Below are positions 58,687 through 64,000 of a stretch of 64,000 nucleotides of DNA, piece by piece. The number at the start of each line of letters is the position of its first letter. Positions within the stretch are counted from its first letter, which is position 1. This stretch comes from an uncultured Negativicutes bacterium (GTDB lineage Bacteria; Bacillota; Negativicutes; Acidaminococcales; Acidaminococcaceae), in assembly GCA_947074185.1 (NCBI GenBank), contig CAMTOO010000001.1:12615-76614 (forward strand), in the 5' to 3' direction. The position numbers were made by a program, and so were the translations under genes. The notes below the pieces were generated by a model, which was given only the letters and a program-made list of their open reading frames with translations, was not told where the DNA came from and searched no databases.

Positions 58687-59115
58687 CTAGTCTTTTAAAA
58701 TTGCTAAAGCTTCTTCATATTTTTCTTTTCTCTTCAATGCTTTTCTATCTACTTTATCTAATCTAGATAAATCACTATTATGAGTCATATCCGCTATTTT
58801 AACTGCTTTAGCAATAGGATTTTTTTTGATGTTTTTTACATATTCCATATAAGGAACTTTTTTATCATGTGTTAAACATCTCAAAGCTTCAATAACTTCT
58901 TTACTAAAGCCTTTTTTCTTCAAATCAGAAAAAGTTGTTTTTGTATCTTCAACAACATCATGCAACAAAGCTACTATAGTTGTTGCTTCTGTATTCATCT
59001 GCTCGGCTAAATGAAAAGGATGGAATACATATGGCATTCCTGATTTATCTTTATCGTTTTTATGAGCTTTAAAACACACTTTCAACGCTTTTTTTGTCAT
59101 TGGTGTATAAATCAC
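58687..59115 (-). CDS. Small stand-alone HD-domain protein, (p)ppGpp-hydrolase-like
   Basis: H..HL....ALLHDVVEDT (RelA/SpoT-type HD_4 motif), 142 aa. GTG start after AAGGAAGGTGAT. Confidence 0.7.
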   Translation of the reverse strand: MIYTPMTKKALKVCFKAHKNDKDKSGMPYVFHPFHLAEQMNTEATTIVALLHDVVEDTKTTFSDLKKKGFSKEVIEALRCLTHDKKVPYMEYVKNIKKNPIAKAVKIADMTHNSDLSRLDKVDRKALKRKEKYEEALAILKD

Positions 59116-59181
59116 ATTATCACCTTCCTTTTATTAATCTTACACTCTTATTATAACATCTCACATAACCATTTATTTGTC

Positions 59182-59213
59182 AAAAAAAAGAGCTGCCTTA
59201 AAGGCAACTCTTT
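59182..59213 (-). terminator. gdh terminator
   Basis: On the minus strand: AAGAGTTGCC-TTTA-AGGCAGCTCTT followed by TTTTTTTG. Confidence 0.8.
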
Positions 59214-59220
59214 TAAAATC

Positions 59221-60456
59221 TTAATAAATACCGCGTAGTTTCATTGCTTCAGTAATACGACTAATAGCAACAATATAAGCAGCTACACGCATATCTACAT
59301 TATGTTTTTTCGCAGCATCATAAACTTCATTAAATGCTTTTTCCATAATTTCTGTTTGTCTTTCAATTACTTCTTCTTCTTTCCAGAAATAACGATATAA
59401 GTTTTGTACCCATTCAAAGTAACTTACTGTTACACCGCCACCATTTGCAAGAATATCAGGAACAACTAAAACACCTGCTTTTTTAAGAATTTTATCTGCA
59501 TCTGGAGTTGTAGGCCCGTTAGCACCTTCAGAAATAATCTTTGCTTTAATTTTCTTAGCATTAGCTTTAGTAATTTGTAATTCTAACGCACATGGGGAAA
59601 GAACATCTACAGGTAATTCTAATAATTTTTCATTACTGATAGGCTTAGAACCTTTAAATCTTGCTACACTACCTGTTTTTTGTACATGTGCTTCAATTTC
59701 ATAAGGATTCATACCTTTTTCATTATAGATTGCACCATAAACATCACTTACTGCAACAATTTTTACGCCTTGATCGTGTAATAATTTTGCAGTCCAGCAA
59801 CCAACATTACCAAAACCTTGTACCGCACAAGTAGCCTTTTTAGGATTAATTTTTAAAACTTTTAATGCTTGCATAGCTGCAATCATAACACCACGACCTG
59901 TTGCTGCTACACGTCCTAAAGAACCTCCAAGAGCAATTGCTTTACCTGTGATAAAACCAGGTTCGTACTGATTGTTGATTTTGCTAAATTCATCCATCAT
60001 CCAACCCATAATTTTAGCATTTGTATTAACGTCTGGAGCAGGAATATCTTTCTTTTCGCCAATAATAGGTGCAATTTTATCGATATAGCCTCTAGTTAGG
60101 GCCTCTAATTCACGTTCAGAAAGCTGAGCTGGGTCAACAATAATACCGCCTTTGCCACCACCGTAAGGTAGTCCAGCAACTGCACACTTGCAAGTCATCC
60201 AAAATGCTAAAGTCTTCACTTCGTCCAAGTTTACATTTTGATGATAACGAATACCACCTTTTGCAGGGCCCATCACAGTACTATGTTGAGAACGGTAACC
60301 AGTAAAAACTTTTGTTTTCCCATTATCCATACGTACAGGAATACTTACTTCCATAGTGCGTTCTGGATGAACAAATAAATCTGCAACAGTTTCATCAAGT
60401 TTCATTACTTTAATTGCTTCGTTCAAAGGAATTTGAGACATTTCAAAAAGATCCAT
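59221..60456 (-). CDS. Glutamate dehydrogenase (Glu/Leu/Phe/Val dehydrogenase family)
   Basis: GPAKGGIRYH and GFGNVG. Start at ATG 60456, with GGGAGG 6 nt upstream. Confidence 0.93.
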   Translation of the reverse strand: MDLFEMSQIPLNEAIKVMKLDETVADLFVHPERTMEVSIPVRMDNGKTKVFTGYRSQHSTVMGPAKGGIRYHQNVNLDEVKTLAFWMTCKCAVAGLPYGGGKGGIIVDPAQLSERELEALTRGYIDKIAPIIGEKKDIPAPDVNTNAKIMGWMMDEFSKINNQYEPGFITGKAIALGGSLGRVAATGRGVMIAAMQALKVLKINPKKATCAVQGFGNVGCWTAKLLHDQGVKIVAVSDVYGAIYNEKGMNPYEIEAHVQKTGSVARFKGSKPISNEKLLELPVDVLSPCALELQITKANAKKIKAKIISEGANGPTTPDADKILKKAGVLVVPDILANGGGVTVSYFEWVQNLYRYFWKEEEVIERQTEIMEKAFNEVYDAAKKHNVDMRVAAYIVAISRITEAMKLRGIY

Positions 60457-60640
60457 ATTATACCTCCCTCTCATATTTGCCTACATATTTTTAAGTTATC
60501 AATAAGGCAAATTCTCTTGTATACATTATACACTTTTTCAAAAAAATTGTATATATAAAATCATTAAAATTCTTATTTACTTAAACATTCAAAATGAATT
60601 ATTATAAAAATAGTTCGAAAATAGGAGAATTGATATCTAA

Positions 60641-62563
60641 ATGAAAAAAAACCATGTAATATTTAATATACAACAAATGATAAAGCTCTATTGCTTCTTT
60701 TTGGTACTTTTTACTATTTTTAGAATAGTTTTTTTACTATACTATTCTAATTATTTAATCGATGTTCCAATGATTGATATAGTAAAATCTTTATGGTATG
60801 GTATGCGTATTTCACTTAAAACTGTAGGTATCATTATATTAGTTGATCTAATATTTTGCTTAATCCCTAATCTTATTTACTCCAAATACCCTGTGAACAT
60901 TGTTAGAAAGACATTAGCTAGTGTTATTATCTTTTTATTCTCAGTCTCTTTTTTCGCTAGAATAATATATTATAAGATTTTCAATAGCACTTATGATTTA
61001 ATGGTAATTAACGGGTTCCATGATGATTTACAAGCTATATTAGCAACTGCTATTAACGAATACAATCTGCTATTATTGCTTCCATTAGCATTTATTGTTA
61101 GTGGAATAATTTCATATTTACTTTTCAAAACACTTGATTTGCCTGTGATTCACTATACCGATTTAAAATACCCAAAAGCAACATTTTCCCTTATTTTCCT
61201 GTTTGTTCCTATATTTTTTATATTTTCTAGATTTGGCGGTGCTTTCAATTATCACAATTCTGTTCACTGGGAAAACATTGCTAAATTTCAATCTCATATT
61301 TTAAATGAAAATGTTTTGGATGATGCTCAAGCCTTATATAGAGTCTATTGCTATTATGATAGGGCAAATGCAAATGCAAAAAACATATCACCTGAAGATG
61401 TTATTCAGGCTTTCAATGCGAATAATATCCCAATTCAAGACAATGATATAGATAGGTCATTTTATAAACAAACCTTTATGGGCATGAATTTAAATGCAAA
61501 TAATGTTGTTTTGATTCTAGGAGAAAGTTTGCCGCTATGGCCACAATTACCTGAATATCAAAACTTACAGATAACACCAAACCTTTCACGTTTAATGAAT
61601 TCCAATAAATCAATTTACACTAATTCCATGCTTTCGCATGGTACTGGTACTATGCCAACAGTCAACGGATTTGTTAGCGGATTACCTCCGACAACGCTAT
61701 ATGAAAATTATAGTTTTGAATCTTTTGAACACACTTACCAAACAGGCATAGCTAATAATTTTAAAAAATTAGGTTATAAAACTATATTCTGGTATGGTGG
61801 ATTTGAAAGCTGGCAAAATATAAAGAACTTTATCGTAGCACAAAGTTTCGATGAATTTCACGATGTAGCAGATTTTAACTCTAGCGAAAATAGTGCCTGG
61901 GGATGTCCTGATAGTGTGCTTTTTGATAATGTAAAAAAATATATTGAGAAACAAGATAAATCGTCAAAATTTTTCCATGTAATATTAACTACAAGCAATC
62001 ATCCTCCTTATGTTATTGATTTAGAAAAAGAAGGCTTTGATGTAAATAATGTAAAAAATAATTTACCTGCTAACATTAGTAACTCAAAGGATTCTCTTGT
62101 ACAATTGGGGCATATTTGGTATACCGATAAAACTATTGGCAATTTCATTTCTGCTGTTGAAATGACTAATCCCGAATCCTTATTTGTTATAACTGGCGAT
62201 CATGCAGAAAGATTTACTTTTAATGCAGTAGTAGATTTAAAAACCTTTTCCGCTGTGCCTTGTATCTTTTATGGACAACCTTTGCTTGGTAAAAATCTTC
62301 CTTTCAACACACAAATAGGAAGTCATTTGCAAATCATGCCTACTTTAATAGAATTACTGGCACCTAAAAACTATACTTATGTAAGCACAACTCCAAGTTT
62401 ATTTGAAAACCCCAAATTTGTATTTAATCATAAATTTGTAGCTTATGATAATAATATTTATTTAATCGAAGATCAACCTAATAAACTTTTTAAGTCTAAT
62501 ATCGATAGTTTGCGTAATATATCAACATTTAGAATCTTAAACGGCTCACAAATAAACAAATAA
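60641..62563 (+). CDS. LTA synthase/sulfatase-family membrane protein
   Basis: N-terminal TM bundle and an extracellular sulfatase-like domain (..ITGDHAERF). Confidence 0.8.
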   Translation: MKKNHVIFNIQQMIKLYCFFLVLFTIFRIVFLLYYSNYLIDVPMIDIVKSLWYGMRISLKTVGIIILVDLIFCLIPNLIYSKYPVNIVRKTLASVIIFLFSVSFFARIIYYKIFNSTYDLMVINGFHDDLQAILATAINEYNLLLLLPLAFIVSGIISYLLFKTLDLPVIHYTDLKYPKATFSLIFLFVPIFFIFSRFGGAFNYHNSVHWENIAKFQSHILNENVLDDAQALYRVYCYYDRANANAKNISPEDVIQAFNANNIPIQDNDIDRSFYKQTFMGMNLNANNVVLILGESLPLWPQLPEYQNLQITPNLSRLMNSNKSIYTNSMLSHGTGTMPTVNGFVSGLPPTTLYENYSFESFEHTYQTGIANNFKKLGYKTIFWYGGFESWQNIKNFIVAQSFDEFHDVADFNSSENSAWGCPDSVLFDNVKKYIEKQDKSSKFFHVILTTSNHPPYVIDLEKEGFDVNNVKNNLPANISNSKDSLVQLGHIWYTDKTIGNFISAVEMTNPESLFVITGDHAERFTFNAVVDLKTFSAVPCIFYGQPLLGKNLPFNTQIGSHLQIMPTLIELLAPKNYTYVSTTPSLFENPKFVFNHKFVAYDNNIYLIEDQPNKLFKSNIDSLRNISTFRILNGSQINK

Positions 62564-62574
62564 CCCTACAATCA

Positions 62575-62610
62575 AAAAGCACTCGTTAATGAAAACGAGT
62601 GCTTTTTTTT
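62575..62610. terminator. Bidirectional terminator
   Basis: AAAAGCACTCGTT-loop-AACGAGTGCTTTT followed by TTTT. Confidence 0.8.
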
Positions 62611-63814
62611 ATTTAAATTCGTTATAAATTTTGCCAAAGTCTATACCACCAATTTTGCGATTTTTATAATCAGCTTTTATTGATTCTACAGCACCAGCTA
62701 AATGTTTCGATGTAATTCCATATTGAATAGACAAGTATGCTTCAACAAAAGCCGCTAAATTATCACAGCCTTTTAATACTGCTCCATCAATTACATCTGT
62801 TACTTTTCCATTTTTATCCTTTTTGATTACTTCAACTAATTCTTCTGCTGTTTTATATGTTTTGATTTTACCATCAATTTTACATTTGTTAGCAAATTCA
62901 TTTTGAGTATAGTAATCTATATCTTTATGCCAAGATTGAGGAATTAGTGGGAATATTTTTTCTGCTACTTGTCGGCCTTCAATGTCTTTAATAAGTTCAT
63001 CTAGGCCTTCAATAGAGCGTTTTACAGGAGAAATAATATCCCTAGTTAAAACTTCTGGTAAATCATGGAACAAGCCACAAAGGAAGTTGTTAACTATTCT
63101 ATCATCTTTAGCTTTTAACTCTACAGAACAGAAATATGCTAGCATTGCAACAATAAGCACATGTCCCATAACAGATGTTTCTGGTATTCTAGGAGATTGC
63201 GCCCAACGTTTTTGGAAACGTAATTGCCCTACTAAATCGATGAACTTACTAGTTTTACCTTTTAATGCAAGCTTTTGAACACCTGCTAAATTGTAATGAT
63301 CCTCGATTTCATTAGCAATTGCTTCTCTAGTACGTTCTATACCATAAATACGTTTATTGAAATCATAAATTATATTAAATTCCCATTCTGTCGCAAGATA
63401 ATGAGCTGCTTTTAGAAGTTTCTTTTCTAAAGGATAGTAATTATCATCTTCAAAATGTTTTTCAAATTTACTAATAAAAGATGTACCTAGTCCTGGTATT
63501 TTTCTCTTTAGTTCTTTTAAAACCCATTCGTTAATCTTTCCTTTATGAACTCTCATAAGTTCATGGAATATAGGTGGTTTTATATCAGTAAGCACTATAC
63601 GGTGCATAAACTCAATAATTCCGCCTTCAATCAGTACACGCCAATTTAATTTAGCATTATGATCTTCTTCTTCATACTTTGCTAAAACATAAAGGATCAT
63701 CATCTTATGCGCCTGTTTATCAAGCTCTGTAAATCCACTTGGACGTATATGGTCGTTCCATCTTTGAATATGTGCTGCTTCATATAGAAATTCTATCAAC
63801 TCTTTTTTTAGCAC
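62609..63814 (-). CDS. HD-domain phosphohydrolase, apparent tandem YfbR-like halves
   Basis: The first half (IQRWNDHIRP..) lacks H/HD residues. The second half (KRWAQSPRIPETSVMGH..GLFHDLPE) carries them. GTG start, with AAGGGAG 7 nt upstream. Confidence 0.7.
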   Translation of the reverse strand: MLKKELIEFLYEAAHIQRWNDHIRPSGFTELDKQAHKMMILYVLAKYEEEDHNAKLNWRVLIEGGIIEFMHRIVLTDIKPPIFHELMRVHKGKINEWVLKELKRKIPGLGTSFISKFEKHFEDDNYYPLEKKLLKAAHYLATEWEFNIIYDFNKRIYGIERTREAIANEIEDHYNLAGVQKLALKGKTSKFIDLVGQLRFQKRWAQSPRIPETSVMGHVLIVAMLAYFCSVELKAKDDRIVNNFLCGLFHDLPEVLTRDIISPVKRSIEGLDELIKDIEGRQVAEKIFPLIPQSWHKDIDYYTQNEFANKCKIDGKIKTYKTAEELVEVIKKDKNGKVTDVIDGAVLKGCDNLAAFVEAYLSIQYGITSKHLAGAVESIKADYKNRKIGGIDFGKIYNEFK

Positions 63815-63834
63815 TTTAAAACTCCCTTTCTGCC

Positions 63835-64000
63835 TTATTTATATAGTAAATAAGGTTTAACTTTCTTTGCAAATGTTTTATTTTCTTCTTCCCAACGTGG
63901 GAATGCTGAACTTGCTGGAAGCTCAGTTCTTAAACTTTTTTCACCAAAAGCAATATCTATTGAATGTCCTTTGCCGCCGTATCTTTCTGGGTAAGGAATC
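63835..64000 (-). CDS. Hypothetical protein, 3' end only (continues beyond window)
   Basis: The open minus-strand frame ..IPYPERYGGKGHSIDIAFGEKSLRTELPASSAFPRWEEENKTFAKKVKPYLLYK ends in a stop at 63835..63837. It lies 20 nt upstream of the HD gene. Confidence 0.5.
   Translation of the reverse strand, partial: IPYPERYGGKGHSIDIAFGEKSLRTELPASSAFPRWEEENKTFAKKVKPYLLYK

Overview
This is a low-GC Firmicute chromosome segment. The gene content and an AMIN-domain amidase suggest a diderm Negativicute, but that is an inference. About 56 kb (8.2-64 kb) is conserved core, almost all on the minus strand: guaA, groES-groEL, a PdtaS/PdtaR-like ANTAR two-component pair, tsaE-tsaB-rimI-tsaD, a GerM lipoprotein plus amidase, nnr-acpS, clpB, lrgAB, a metF/split-metH operon, a tRNA-Asn/Glu/Val operon, tRNA-Leu, a ydjI/G/H-like SPFH cluster, coaE-mutM-polA, gdh and others. 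The first 8.2 kb is accessory. It holds a 5'-truncated multi-zinc-ribbon protein with an embedded Vsr/DUF559-like nuclease, a SIR2-HerA defence pair, a type II R-M system with a small HTH controller, and a GC-richer stretch of decayed genes and hairpin repeats abutting guaA. My most notable observation is a 14-bp direct repeat. One copy is the 3' end of guaA (8249..8262) and the other lies at 1573..1586. The two copies bracket the SIR2-HerA and R-M genes as a roughly 6.7-kb cassette with no integrase. Other sequence-level findings: a same-orientation DnaA-box cluster downstream of tsaD; a consensus promoter with an overlapping palindrome for the C-M operon; CtsR-like heptads in front of lrgA; and a terminator-like hairpin inside the SPFH operon leader. 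No CRISPR array, rRNA or intact transposase/integrase was seen. All functional calls come from motif recognition by eye, with no database search.
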